NCBI RefSeq assembly: GCF_001677475.2
Contig: NZ_CP015229.1
Reading direction: 5' to 3' (one strand)
DNA length: 64,000 nucleotides
Origin: Escherichia coli
Lineage (GTDB): Bacteria; Pseudomonadota; Gammaproteobacteria; Enterobacterales; Enterobacteriaceae
Shown: piece after piece, positions 1 through 10,829 of the stretch
Layout of the letters: every line of letters begins with the position of its first letter
Position numbering within the stretch: position 1 is the first letter of the stretch
Notes under the pieces: model-generated
Told to the model about the DNA's origin: nothing
The model's database searches: none
Seen by the model: only the letters and a program-made list of their open reading frames with translations
Position numbers and translations under genes: made by a program

Positions 1-766
1 CAATGGTGCGCCCGCTGACTTTGGTCATTGCCGTACCAAATGGCTGGAAATCATTATTTTTGGTTTGGTCGACCAGAATGTTGCGATCGGCAAGGAACAG
101 AATGCGTTTTTTATTTTTTGATTTCCACAGGCGCCAGATGATCTGGAATGCGGTATAGGTTTTCCCTGTTCCGGTCGCCATTACCAGCAGAACACGGTTT
201 TGCCCGTTGGAGACGGCTTCTATGGTTTTGTTGATTGCCTGAAGCTGGTAATAACGTGGCGATTTACCGCTGCCATCGTCGTAATAGTCCTGAGTAATCA
301 CCGGAAGCTGAGCTTGTGTGTATCCTTTCCAGAGGCAGAATTTTTGCCAGAGTTCAGCGGGGGAGGGGAAGTCATCCAGCGTTATTTGCTTTTCAAGGCA
401 TTCACCTTCGGCTGCGGTAGCATCGCGGAAGATAAAGCCATCACCGTTGGTGGCAAAAACAAAAGGAACGTCCAGCAGGCGCGCGTATTCAATGCCCTGT
501 TGCATCCCTTTGCCAATTTCATGTTTGTTGGCTTTTGCTTCAATCACGGCTAAGGGAATGCCTGGTTTGTGATACAGCACGATGTCAGCAGATTTTACCG
601 TTCTGCGTGCCGCAACTTTACCACGTACGATGACTTTACCGTCCCGGAGTTTGACCTCCTGTCTGATTTGCGTTGTGTTGTCCCAGCCTGCATTGAGAAT
701 GGCTGGCATAACGCATTTGGTAATGATGTCTGCTTCCGTCAGGTTACTTAGGTTCAGTTCCGCCAT
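1..766 (-). CDS. hsdR: Type I restriction enzyme R subunit-like protein, N-terminal ~255 aa; gene continues beyond window start
   Basis: Own reverse-strand translation from ATG (complement 764-766) gives [18 protein letters not shown]... open to position 1; nuclease-like D..IEAK motif and helicase motif [15 protein letters not shown]; N-terminus differs from EcoKI HsdR as I recall it. Confidence 0.6.
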   Translation of the reverse strand, partial: MAELNLSNLTEADIITKCVMPAILNAGWDNTTQIRQEVKLRDGKVIVRGKVAARRTVKSADIVLYHKPGIPLAVIEAKANKHEIGKGMQQGIEYARLLDVPFVFATNGDGFIFRDATAAEGECLEKQITLDDFPSPAELWQKFCLWKGYTQAQLPVITQDYYDDGSGKSPRYYQLQAINKTIEAVSNGQNRVLLVMATGTGKTYTAFQIIWRLWKSKNKKRILFLADRNILVDQTKNNDFQPFGTAMTKVSGRTI

Positions 767-906
767 GGGGTGTTCTCATCTAAATGCGATGCGCAAATTC
801 TACACAGAAAAATAGATGAATTCATCTGTTCAAAGAGTATTATCAGCGTTAAGTCACTGTTTTAAAGGTATTCTTGAGTTTCATCAATAGTAGGATAAGG
901 ATTCAT

Positions 907-1875
907 ATGGAGAATGTTCGGTTCTTGCAAGGAGTGAAACAATATTTTTGTACTAAGGCATTAGATGTCATTCTGCTAATTTATCTACTCCTTGGTTTTA
1001 TACTTCTCCCTTATAAATATCTGTGGAAAGATATTATTTTATCTCTGTGCTTTGTTGGTATTCTTCTTTATGCATTAGTGGAAGAAAATCGCATTACAGA
1101 ATATATGGGGTATTTTGTCAAGTTCAGTAATAAAAACAGTTTGAATAGTTGTGCTGCCTGGTGTTCACTTATTGCATGGTTTATATTTTTGTTTTTTGTG
1201 CTTTCAATTAATATTTTTCCAGTCAGTGTCTCTGTATACGTTTTTAGTGCTTTTTCAGTATTTGTTTTTCTGGGAGGTGTTTTTATTATATTAGAGTTGG
1301 AATTTAAAAATAATAAAAAATTAATGATTATTAGGTCTATGACTTTAGCTGTCATACCAATTATATATTTATTCTCAAGTAGTTTTTCTTCCAGTTTATT
1401 TTTAAGTTTGAGTAATCTAAATATCACACTATCACCATGGGTTGAGTATTTCTGGAAAGGGATGGCTTTTTTGTTTCTTTTCTTCATGTTAATGCAACTT
1501 ATTATCTATTTTACTTTTTTAACTCTGTGGGCTAAATTAAGTGTGTACAGGTTGTTTATACTTGCCGGAGCATTTATAGCATCTACTATTTTAGTGGTTT
1601 TTGCTTCAAAAAACGTAGAGAGTATTTCGTACTACGTTTTAAAAAGTACTATAGATTTTGAATGGCGCAGTCAGGTTAAATGTGGACAGTTGAATATTTC
1701 ACATCCGGATGAAAGGTATTTCGGGTTTAATACCGATAAATATACTGTATTTTATTCCAATAGAGAGGGTAAATGGGGGTTCAATGAGTTGAAATGTAAG
1801 AAAGGTTCTGACAGGAGAGATGCATATTCCATTGAGAATGTCTCAGAATATAACGTGCCAGGATGGCTGAAATAA
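907..1875 (+). CDS. Hypothetical polytopic membrane protein (about 7 predicted TM helices plus ~85 aa hydrophilic C-terminal domain); AT-rich orphan gene
   Basis: ORF track 874..1875 (TTG start); ATG at 907 with AAGGA-like RBS preferred; very low GC relative to flanks; occupies the slot where K-12 has mrr. Confidence 0.5.
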   Translation: MENVRFLQGVKQYFCTKALDVILLIYLLLGFILLPYKYLWKDIILSLCFVGILLYALVEENRITEYMGYFVKFSNKNSLNSCAAWCSLIAWFIFLFFVLSINIFPVSVSVYVFSAFSVFVFLGGVFIILELEFKNNKKLMIIRSMTLAVIPIIYLFSSSFSSSLFLSLSNLNITLSPWVEYFWKGMAFLFLFFMLMQLIIYFTFLTLWAKLSVYRLFILAGAFIASTILVVFASKNVESISYYVLKSTIDFEWRSQVKCGQLNISHPDERYFGFNTDKYTVFYSNREGKWGFNELKCKKGSDRRDAYSIENVSEYNVPGWLK

Positions 1876-1914
1876 GTTATCTTTATAATTAAATCGTAAA
1901 GGTTCTGGACATAA

Positions 1915-2106
1915 ATGAGCATGGTTAAACATAAACGGGGCACACTCTACACACTTGATGTGCAGCAAGAAGCTGAACTCAAGGCTTTGGTTAATAAATC
2001 CGACGATTATATTGATTACAGCGATATTCCTGCGTCTGGTAGCGATGCATGGGCTGACGCCAAACGCAGCAATTTTTTGCCAAATCCAGGTATTCACGCG
2101 CAATAA
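1915..2106 (+). CDS. Hypothetical small protein (63 aa)
   Basis: ORF track; ATG start; followed by hairpin at ~2115-2146 shared with convergent yjiA; no family recognised. Confidence 0.3.
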   Translation: MSMVKHKRGTLYTLDVQQEAELKALVNKSDDYIDYSDIPASGSDAWADAKRSNFLPNPGIHAQ

Positions 2107-2185
2107 AACTTAGCGGAGGGGAGCTCGTCGTTCTGCTTCCCCCTCACTGCTAAATGGGGCATTGAACTGCTTTACACTCAACCTT

Positions 2186-3148
2186 TCACGCAGACTTCCT
2201 CAACCCCGCAAACGCCGCCCGAATCTCATCCTCCGGCAGCTGAATCCCGATAAACACCATCGTGCTATGCGGTTTTTCATCGCCCCACGGGCGGTCCCAG
2301 TCGGCGCTGTAGAGGCGCTGGACGCCCTGGAACAGCAGGCGGTTAGGTTCGCCGTCAATCCATAGCATCCCTTTGTAACGCAGCAGTTTATCCGCCGACT
2401 CCAGCAGCAGGTTTTCCATCACCCGGGAAACTTCGCTGATATCTACCGGGTAATCCAGTTCCACCACAATCGACGAAATATCGTTTTGTTTATCCGCGAT
2501 AAAGTGAAAACGTGGCTTGGTGCTGACGACGTTCTCTTCCAGCATAAAACCGTTGGTGTTGAACAGCAGGCCCAGGTCGATGTCGCCGTGGGTGACGGTG
2601 TAGACCGGTGCGCGGGCGTTGATGCGCGCCAGGCGTTCACGCAGTTTCTCTGCTTCGCCTGCGACGTCGGTTTTAGTCAGCAGAATACGGTCGGCGTAGC
2701 CAACCTGGGACTGGGCGATGGTGAACTGGTTCATCTGCTCATCGGCATGTACCGCATCCACCAGCGCAATCACGCCGTCCAGCAGGTAGCGCTGGCATAA
2801 AATCTCATGGGAGAAAAAGGTCTGAATAATCGGGCCGGGATCGGCCATGCCGGTGCATTCAATGACCAGACGGTCGAACTGAATATTGCCCTTGTCGAGA
2901 TTATCCAGCAGGTCGAGTAGCGCGTCTTCCAGCTCGTTGGAGCGCGAACAGCAGATGCAGCCGTTGGTCAGCGTTTTGATCTGCGTGGCGCGGTCGCCAA
3001 TCAGTTGATCATCAACGGAGACTTCGCCGAATTCGTTTTCAATCACGGCAATCTTGTAGCCGTGTTGTTCGTTAAGAATATGGCGCAACAGGGTGGTTTT
3101 GCCCGCGCCTAAAAAACCGGTGAGTAGGGTAACTGCAATCGGGTTCAT
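2186..3148 (-). CDS. yjiA: GTP-binding protein YjiA (CobW/P-loop GTPase family)
   Basis: ORF track 2186..3232; start set at internal Met giving MNPIAVTLLTGFLGAGKTTLL (Walker A), 318 aa as recalled for YjiA. Confidence 0.9.
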   Translation of the reverse strand: MNPIAVTLLTGFLGAGKTTLLRHILNEQHGYKIAVIENEFGEVSVDDQLIGDRATQIKTLTNGCICCSRSNELEDALLDLLDNLDKGNIQFDRLVIECTGMADPGPIIQTFFSHEILCQRYLLDGVIALVDAVHADEQMNQFTIAQSQVGYADRILLTKTDVAGEAEKLRERLARINARAPVYTVTHGDIDLGLLFNTNGFMLEENVVSTKPRFHFIADKQNDISSIVVELDYPVDISEVSRVMENLLLESADKLLRYKGMLWIDGEPNRLLFQGVQRLYSADWDRPWGDEKPHSTMVFIGIQLPEDEIRAAFAGLRKSA

Positions 3149-3158
3149 GCTCTCTCCA

Positions 3159-3362
3159 TTAACAACAGCGCATACCGCCTTTACCATCGCCGCCGTAGCG
3201 CGCGTTCTGGCGTTCGCGGAAGAATTCTTCATAGCTCATGTACGGCTTGTCGGGATGGTTGGTCTTCATATGCTCGACGTAGTTGTCGTAGTCTGGAATG
3301 CCAATCAACATCTTCGCCGCCTGGCCGAGATATTTTTTTGCCTGTCCTAAGTTACCAAACAT
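3159..3362 (-). CDS. yjiX: Small DUF466 protein YjiX (67 aa)
   Basis: ORF track 3159..3488; internal Met [17 protein letters not shown] matches YjiX as recalled; upstream part of ORF overlaps REP repeats. Confidence 0.8.
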
Positions 3363-3404
3363 TTTGCCTTCCAGATATGCGTAAAGCCCGGAAGGTCCGG
3401 GCTG

Positions 3405-3490
3405 GGGATTTGCCGGATGCGGCGTACACGCCTTATCCGGCCTACGATAGACACTTTGTAGGCCGGATACGCGCAGCGCATCCGGCAACC
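3405..3490. repeat. REP (repetitive extragenic palindrome) elements
   Basis: gccggatgcggcgtacacgccttatccggcctac and inverted copy gtaggccggatacgcgcagcgcatccggca. Confidence 0.8.
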
Positions 3491-3492
3491 GG

Positions 3493-5643
3493 TTAGTGGT
3501 GCGAAGAGATCTTCACGCCGCCTTCCGGGATTGGAACGTACGGCGTTTCTTTGTCAGTACGTTTGTCGCTGTTACGCACCTTCAGCCAGGTTTTGAAACC
3601 GTAGAAGATGATGCTGTACACCACAATCAGGAACAGAATACTCAGGCCTGCGTTGGTGTAGTTGTTCACAACGATGTGGTTCATGTTGGCAATCTGCTGC
3701 GCCGTCAGGTCAGTACCGTTAGCAATCTTCTCTTTGTACTGGCTTGCCATGTAGAAGAAGCCTTCCATCTGCGGGTTGGTGCTGAACAGTTTCAGACCCA
3801 GCGCCCAGGTGGTGCAGATAAGCAGCCATACCGCCGGAACAACAGTTACCCAGATGTATTGGGTGCGCTTCATCTTAATCAGCACAACGGTGCCCAGAAC
3901 CAGCGCTACGGCTGCCAGCATCTGGTTGGAGATACCGAACAGCGGCCACAGGCTCTTAACGCCGCCCAGCGGATCGACCACGCCCTGATACAGCAGGTAG
4001 CCCCACAGACCCACACAGCCCGCTGTACCGATGATACCGGCAACCAGAGAGTCGGTTTTTTTCAGGAACGGGATGAAGTTACCCAGCAGGTCTTGCAGCA
4101 TAAAGCGGCCAGAACGGGTACCGGCATCCAGCGCGGTCAGGATGAACAGGGCTTCGAACAGGATACCGAAGTGATACCAGAAGCCCATGTCAGCCATCGG
4201 CAGCACTTTGTGGAATACATGAGCGATACCTACCGCCAGCGTCGGCGCACCACCTGCACGGTTCAGGACAGAAGGCTCACCAATGTCTTTCGCGGTTTGC
4301 AGGATCTGCTCTGGCGAAATCACGAAGCCCCAGGAGCTGACAGTCGCCGCCGCGTGTGCGGTAACGTCTTTCAGCTGCGCCATGATGATTGGCGCGTTCT
4401 CGCCACCCATTTCATGCAGGTTAGGCATGGTGATGCCGAGGCCAGCAGGCGGGGTGTTCATCGCGAAGTAAAGACCCGGTTCGATGATGGACGCAGCAAC
4501 CAGCGCCATAATCGCCACGAAGGACTCCATCAGCATTGCGCCGTAGCCGATGAAACGCGCATCGGTTTCGTTAGCCAGCAGTTTCGGCGTCGTACCGGAA
4601 GAGATCAGCGCGTGGAAGCCAGATACCGCACCACAGGCGATGGTGATGAACAGGAACGGGAACAGAGCGCCTTTCCACAGCGGGCCAGTACCATCAATGT
4701 ACTGAGTCATCGCAGGCATTTTCAGTTCCGGGTTCAGCACCACGATACCCAGCGCCAGGCCGACGATAACGCCGATTTTCAGGAAGGTTGCCAGATAGTC
4801 GCGCGGTGCGAGGATCAGCCACACCGGCAGCAGTGCGGAAACAAACGCATAGCCAATCAGCGCGAAGGTAATGGTGGTGTCTTTAAAGGTCAGTGCCGGA
4901 CCCCAGTACGGATCGTGAGCAATCACGCCACCGAAGTAGATAGAGGCAACCAGCAGCACGATACCAATGACAGAGACTTCACCTACACGCCCCGGACGAA
5001 TAAAGCGCATGTAGATACCCATAAACAGCGCAATCGGTACGGTTGAGCAAACGGTGAAGACACCCCACGGACTTTCGGCCAGGGCTTTAACCACAATCAG
5101 CGCCAGGACGGCAAGGATGATGATCATGATTAAGAAACAGCCAAACAGCGCGATAGTCCCCGGTACTGGTCCCATCTCTTCTTTGATCATCTCACCGAGA
5201 GATGCGCCGTTACGGCGAGAGGAGATAAACAGCACCATAAAGTCCTGTACCGCACCGGCCAGCACTACCCCCGCCAGCAGCCACAGCGTGCCAGGCAGGT
5301 AGCCCATCTGCGCGGCGAGCACCGGACCAACCAGCGGACCGGCACCGGCGATAGCGGCGAAGTGGTGACCAAACAACACGTAACGGTTGGTCGGAACGTA
5401 GTTCAGACCGTCGTTGTTAATAACCGCAGGCGTCGCGCGCGTGGGGTCGAGTTTCATCACCTTCTGGGCGATGTACAGACTGTAGTAGCGATACGCCACC
5501 AGATACACCGACACAGAGGCGACCACGATCCACAGGGCGCTGACGTGCTCCCCCCGACGTAATGCAACTACCGCGAGGCAGAATGCACCGATGATTCCGA
5601 GAATCACCCAGGGTATGTGCTTGAATAGTTTTTTCGTATCCAT
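3493..5643 (-). CDS. btsT: Pyruvate/proton symporter BtsT (CstA family; YjiY)
   Basis: ORF track 3493..5658, 721 aa polytopic protein; start likely at [16 protein letters not shown]. Confidence 0.9.
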
Positions 5644-6035
5644 AGTAAAACCTGGCATTTTACTCGTCGTCTTTTGGCTTACAGGTGCGACAGCTGCATT
5701 TGTTCACCTCTGTCACTTACTGTTGTAAGCTCCCGGGGATTCACTCACTTGCTGCCTTCCTGCAAACCAAAATCCATTGAGTAATTTGTTAATCATAGGC
5801 CGAAGCCGTTCTAGGTTTGCGTTGCGTTTGAGGAGGTAAATTGACCGCTATCCTGCAGTGATGTTGCCAGAGTTACGCGCGCGTAAAGTAAGGTAAATAA
5901 CTGAGTGGTTATTTTAGGGACGTAAGCGGTCAGGAATGGCGGTGAGCGGTTGGGCAAGAATTATTCATCGGGTGGATATGTGATTGAGATCACAATAAAA
6001 ATGCCCCTTCGACGAATACGTGAAGGGGCTGGAGC

Positions 6036-6548
6036 TTAAATCGCAGCTTCCATTTCCAGCATCACCGGATGGAAACGGCGTTTAAAGTAGATAAGTCCGT
6101 GACCTTCTGCACTGAGGATGATGTTTTTAATCTCCACCAGATACACCAGATGTGTGCCAATTGCCTGCACATCGCGGATCTCACCTTCAAGACTGGCCAG
6201 CGAACCTTTCAGCACCGGCTGCGCCAGCGGACCTTTTTGCCAGCATGAGAGGCTAAAACGCTCTTCCATCGCCATGCCTGTCATGCCCGCGAAGTGGCGT
6301 GCCATCAGTTCCTGCTCATGGTTGAGGACGTTGACGCACAACTTGCCGTTGCCCTGAAAAACCGGGTTCATCGCACTGTTGGCGTTAATGCACACCATCA
6401 GCGACGGTGGTGTATCCGTGACCGAGCAGACAGCCGTTGCCGTAATCCCGCATTGTCCGGCGTCGCCCTCGGTGGTGATAATATTTACCGCTGCCGACAG
6501 GCTGGCCATCGCGTCACGAAAGCGCAGGCGTTGTTCATCTAATTGCAT
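6036..6548 (-). CDS. hpaC: 4-hydroxyphenylacetate 3-monooxygenase reductase component HpaC (flavin reductase)
   Basis: ORF track 6036..6566; MQLDEQRLRFRDAMASLSAAVNIITT... matches HpaC as recalled; immediately downstream of hpaB. Confidence 0.85.
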   Translation of the reverse strand: MQLDEQRLRFRDAMASLSAAVNIITTEGDAGQCGITATAVCSVTDTPPSLMVCINANSAMNPVFQGNGKLCVNVLNHEQELMARHFAGMTGMAMEERFSLSCWQKGPLAQPVLKGSLASLEGEIRDVQAIGTHLVYLVEIKNIILSAEGHGLIYFKRRFHPVMLEMEAAI

Positions 6549-6565
6549 CTTAACCTCCTGCTGCA

Positions 6566-8128
6566 TTATTTCAGCAGCTTATCCAGCATGTTGATATCGT
6601 CGTTGTTGTGCAGGTGCGGCACAGTCCAGCCGTTCTGGTCGTATTCCGACAGGCAGCGATCAACCATCGCCATCATCTTGTCCATATTGCCGGAGCTTTG
6701 TGCCTGGCGCAGACATTGCAGGCGAATCTCATCCTGGCTACCGGAGTAGTTGATTTCATACAGTTCGTGACGACCACCAAATTCGCTGCCAATGGCATCC
6801 CACATCAGTTTGAGGATCTTGATGCGCTGGACGTGATCCATACCATTCGAACCGCGCACATACTTCGCCAGATACTGGTCGATCTGCGGATTGTTCAGGT
6901 CACGGGCACTGGAAGGGAGATAGATCAGGCCACTGGTAACGTTGCGTTCGATAATGTTTTTGATCTTCGCGTAGGCCATTGGTGCCAGTACGCGATAGGT
7001 TTGCAGTGCGGCATGATCCGGTAAATAAGCCCCGTTGACCCACGGCGTCGCTTCAGAACACATCGAGTCACTCAATGCCCAGAAGGTGTTGCGCCACGCC
7101 ACCACTTCACCGAGATCGGCCTGCACACCACGGAACTCCAGGGTGCCGGTACATTCGAGTGATTTTTTCAGCAGTGCCGTAATGAAGTCTAATTTCACTG
7201 CCAGGCGCACACAGGCTTGCAGCGGATACATACGGGCAAAACCACCTTCCATTGTCCAGCGACGGCAGCGATCGAAATCGCGGTAGATCAGTACGTTTTC
7301 CCATGGGATCAGCACGTTATCCATCACCAGAATCGCATCGTTCTCATCAAAGCGGCTGGAGAGCGGGTAGTCGTACGGCGAGCCGGTAGCACCCGCGACC
7401 ATCTCATAAGAGGCGCGGGAGATTAATTTCACGCCATCGGCATCCATTGGCGCAACGAACATCAGTGCGAAGTCCGGGTTTTCGCCCATCACTTGTGCCG
7501 AGCCGAAGCCAATCATGTTGTAGTGAGTCAGCGCCGAGTTGGTGGCAACCACTTTCGCACCGCTGACGATAATCCCGGCGTCAGTCTCTTTTTCCAGCTT
7601 GATGTAAACGTCTTTCACTTTATCGGTCGGCAAATGACGATCGATCGGTGGGTTAACAATCGCGTGGTTAAAGTAGAGGCCAGTTTCCTGAATACGGGTG
7701 TACCAGTTACGGGCGTTCTGCTCGAACTGACCGTAAAAGCCCGGATTCGCGCCCAGTGCGCAACCGAAAGCAGCTTTGTAGTCTGGGGTACGGCCCATCC
7801 AGCCATAGCTCAGGCGTGACCACTCAGCGATGGCGTCGCGTTGCTGGCGCAGGTCGTCGGCACTTTTCGCCACGCGGAAGAATTTATGGGTATAGCCGCC
7901 GCTGCCGGTGTCGGTGTTCCAACACAGAGAGTCCTGCATCTCCGGTTTGTGTAGCGCGTCGTACAGTTGGGCAACAGACGCTGCCGCATTACGAAATGCC
8001 GGATGAGTGGTGACGTCTTTCACTCGCTCGCCGTAGATATAGATCTCGCGACCATCCTGCAGGCTTTTCAGATACTCTTCCCCGGTGAACGGACGTTGGG
8101 TACTGGCGCGGAAATCTTCTGGTTTCAT
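6566..8128 (-). CDS. hpaB: 4-hydroxyphenylacetate 3-monooxygenase oxygenase component HpaB
   Basis: ORF track, 520 aa, MKPEDFRASTQRPFTGEEYLKSLQDGREIYIYGERV. Confidence 0.9.
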   Translation of the reverse strand: MKPEDFRASTQRPFTGEEYLKSLQDGREIYIYGERVKDVTTHPAFRNAAASVAQLYDALHKPEMQDSLCWNTDTGSGGYTHKFFRVAKSADDLRQQRDAIAEWSRLSYGWMGRTPDYKAAFGCALGANPGFYGQFEQNARNWYTRIQETGLYFNHAIVNPPIDRHLPTDKVKDVYIKLEKETDAGIIVSGAKVVATNSALTHYNMIGFGSAQVMGENPDFALMFVAPMDADGVKLISRASYEMVAGATGSPYDYPLSSRFDENDAILVMDNVLIPWENVLIYRDFDRCRRWTMEGGFARMYPLQACVRLAVKLDFITALLKKSLECTGTLEFRGVQADLGEVVAWRNTFWALSDSMCSEATPWVNGAYLPDHAALQTYRVLAPMAYAKIKNIIERNVTSGLIYLPSSARDLNNPQIDQYLAKYVRGSNGMDHVQRIKILKLMWDAIGSEFGGRHELYEINYSGSQDEIRLQCLRQAQSSGNMDKMMAMVDRCLSEYDQNGWTVPHLHNNDDINMLDKLLK

Positions 8129-8378
8129 GTCGACCTCTACAGTATTAATCGGAATACGATTGTTAATTTTGTGTGTTGTTTTTGTTATTCAATTGAAGCT
8201 TGCAGAGGCGATTACGGGAAGACACTTTTGGGACAATGGCTGGTACTTTTCAGGTCGGGTACGGTTTTGTGATCGAGGTCGCTTTTAGCAATTTTTGACG
8301 TTACTAAATCCCCTTGCTCCAGGCGGAGAAAGGGGAATAGCAGGTGGTGCCTGGTTTCCCGTTAAGGCTAAGGGATTT

Positions 8379-9269
8379 TCACGTCACAGGTACTTTTTTG
8401 GCACGATAAGCACTGGGCGAGCAACCGACTAAGCGATTAAAAAAGCGGGCAAAATAAGCCGGATCTTTAAAACCGAGTTGCCAGGCAATATTGTTCACGG
8501 CGTTATCAGAAAACAGCAGCAGCCGCTTGGCTTCTCGCAGCTGCCTGTCGAAAATCAACCGTTTTGGCGGACGGTTGGCAAAGCGGCGGCAGATGTCGGT
8601 GAGGCGTGATTCGGTGATATGCAGTTCGTTAGCGTAATCCGGTACTGTCCAGTGCTGATGAAAATGGCTTTCAATCAGCATATTAAAACGCTGGAACAGT
8701 TTTAATTCTCCGCGCATTCCGCTGGCGGCATGGTCGTCGAGTTTTGCGTTACGCAGCAGTAGGGTGAACACTGCCTGTGCCAGTAACGTCAGGGTGTGTT
8801 CCCGTCCAGGCAGTTGTTCCACCGATTCCCGCTCTATCAGTTGCCAATAGTGTTCCAGCGCCGCCAGTTCGTCGGGTTTATCTGCCAGTGACAGGCAAAT
8901 CCCCGGGAGGCCGAAGGTTTCCCGAGTGCCCGGATAAAGAACTTCCAGCAGGGGCCAGATCAGATCTTCCCGTACCGTCAATACATGACCGTCGGCGTCA
9001 GACTCCGTAATAAACGCATGAGGTACTGACGGCGGCGTCAGGACAAACAGGGGCGCTTCCACCGAGTAACGATGATCGTCAAGCTGTAGCTCAATCTGTC
9101 CGCTATTGAGGAAATGCATCTGAAAGTACTGTTCGTGGCGATGTGGCAGCATATGGCGGCCAAAAAATGCCGCCATGCGGGCGAACGACTGATAATGCAC
9201 ATCGTCCGTGCCCAGGCTTTCATCGTACTCTTTGCTGATATCAATATTGGCAATCTGAGGGTCACACAT
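8379..9269 (-). CDS. hpaA: AraC/XylS-family transcriptional activator HpaA
   Basis: ORF track 296 aa; C-terminal AraC-type HTH; position between hpaX and hpaBC. Confidence 0.8.
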   Translation of the reverse strand: MCDPQIANIDISKEYDESLGTDDVHYQSFARMAAFFGRHMLPHRHEQYFQMHFLNSGQIELQLDDHRYSVEAPLFVLTPPSVPHAFITESDADGHVLTVREDLIWPLLEVLYPGTRETFGLPGICLSLADKPDELAALEHYWQLIERESVEQLPGREHTLTLLAQAVFTLLLRNAKLDDHAASGMRGELKLFQRFNMLIESHFHQHWTVPDYANELHITESRLTDICRRFANRPPKRLIFDRQLREAKRLLLFSDNAVNNIAWQLGFKDPAYFARFFNRLVGCSPSAYRAKKVPVT

Positions 9270-9278
9270 CGTCGTTCC

Positions 9279-10655
9279 TTACGGGGTCGCTCGCGGACGG
9301 GAGGACTGCATTGGAATCGCCCAGATAATCCCCGCACCAATCACCAGCAGCGCGGCAACAAACCACAATCCACTGTTAAAGCTGCCGGTCAGATCTTTCA
9401 ACCAGCCGATCATAAACGGACTTAACGCTGAACCAATGTTGCCAGTGGCGTTGATCACCGCAATACCGATCGCTCGTGCCCGCAGGCTGATGGATTGATC
9501 CGGTGTTGTCCAGAAAATCGCCATTGCGCTGAATGATCCGGTCGAAGCCATAATGATCCCCAGCATCTGGATCATGTTGTGATCAGTTGCCGAAGCCAGT
9601 AACCAACCAGCGGCAGCGAACAAATAAGGAAGGGCGGTGTGATGCCTTCGTTCCTGGCGGCGATCTGAGTGACGGCTCCAGTAGATCATCCCGAGAATGG
9701 TACAAATCTGCGGTACGGCGGCCAGCAGGCCGATGGTGATATTACTGCTGCCCTGATTAAAACTTTGCAGGATCTGCGGTGTCCAGATGCTGATCGCACT
9801 AAGTGTGTTGGTCAGGCAGAAATACGCCAGGGTATACATCATCACCACCGGAGTGAAGATCTCCCGCCACATACTGCGTTGTTGCATGGCGTGGTGGCTG
9901 ATGGCTCCCTCTGGCTGAACCAGCTTCAGACGATCGTTATCCATCATCTCTTGCAGGCATTTTTTGTCTTCTTTCGTCAGCCACTTAGCTTTGTCCGGTG
10001 AGTCATCAAGCCAGAACCACACCATGACGCCGAGTAATACCGACGGGAAGCCTTCCAGCAAAAACAGCCACTGCCAGCCTTTTAATGCCATTACACCATC
10101 CAGCGACAAAATGTAGCCGGAAACGATCGAGCCCAACGCTGTCGTTACCGGCATTGCTACCATAAACAAGGCGTTGGCACGGGCGCGGAAGTAGGCCGGA
10201 AACCAGAAGGTTAAATAGAGCAGAATGCCAGGCAGAAAGCCGGCTTCGGTAATGCCAACCAGTATACGCAGTACGTATAAGCTGGTGGGGCCAGTGGCAA
10301 ACATGGTAGCAGTAGAGGCGATGCCCCAAAGCACCATGATGGTGGCGATCCAGCGCCGCGCACCGACAATACTCAGCATAATGTTGCTGGGAATGCCGAA
10401 GATGACATAAGCGGCATAGAACAGGGTGGTAGCTAGGCCAAACATGGTGGCGCTCAGACCGAGATCGCGTCCCATCGTTAGTCCGGCAAAGCCGATGTTG
10501 ATGCGATCAAGGAACGAGAAGATAAACAGCACGAACAGAAAGACGATCAGGCGGCGAAATAGCTTCTTAATAACCGCCTGTTGTCCGGCAGTCAGCGCTT
10601 TATGCTGATTCGCCGGATCGATACTCTCCGGTATGGCAGGTGAGGTGTCGCTCAT
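9279..10655 (-). CDS. hpaX: 4-hydroxyphenylacetate MFS transporter HpaX
   Basis: ORF track 9279..10715; start set at MSDTSPAIPES; 12-TM MFS-like composition. Confidence 0.8.
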   Translation of the reverse strand: MSDTSPAIPESIDPANQHKALTAGQQAVIKKLFRRLIVFLFVLFIFSFLDRINIGFAGLTMGRDLGLSATMFGLATTLFYAAYVIFGIPSNIMLSIVGARRWIATIMVLWGIASTATMFATGPTSLYVLRILVGITEAGFLPGILLYLTFWFPAYFRARANALFMVAMPVTTALGSIVSGYILSLDGVMALKGWQWLFLLEGFPSVLLGVMVWFWLDDSPDKAKWLTKEDKKCLQEMMDNDRLKLVQPEGAISHHAMQQRSMWREIFTPVVMMYTLAYFCLTNTLSAISIWTPQILQSFNQGSSNITIGLLAAVPQICTILGMIYWSRHSDRRQERRHHTALPYLFAAAGWLLASATDHNMIQMLGIIMASTGSFSAMAIFWTTPDQSISLRARAIGIAVINATGNIGSALSPFMIGWLKDLTGSFNSGLWFVAALLVIGAGIIWAIPMQSSRPRATP

Positions 10656-10699
10656 TTTTCTTCCTCTAATGGGATTTTTGTAGGGTACGACAAGGTTTA

Positions 10700-10829
<130 letters not shown>

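Noticed and set aside
200-815. Plus-strand ORFs (117, 84, 60, 77 aa) at the window start
   Set aside because: They lie antisense to the well-supported minus-strand R-subunit reading frame and have no RBS or protein-like composition.
1068-1487. 139-aa minus-strand ORF
   Set aside because: Antisense to the membrane-protein gene in an AT-rich region where long spurious ORFs are expected.
3496-5046. 516-aa plus-strand ORF
   Set aside because: Antisense to btsT; Arg/His/Gln-rich composition typical of reverse-strand artefacts in GC-rich genes.
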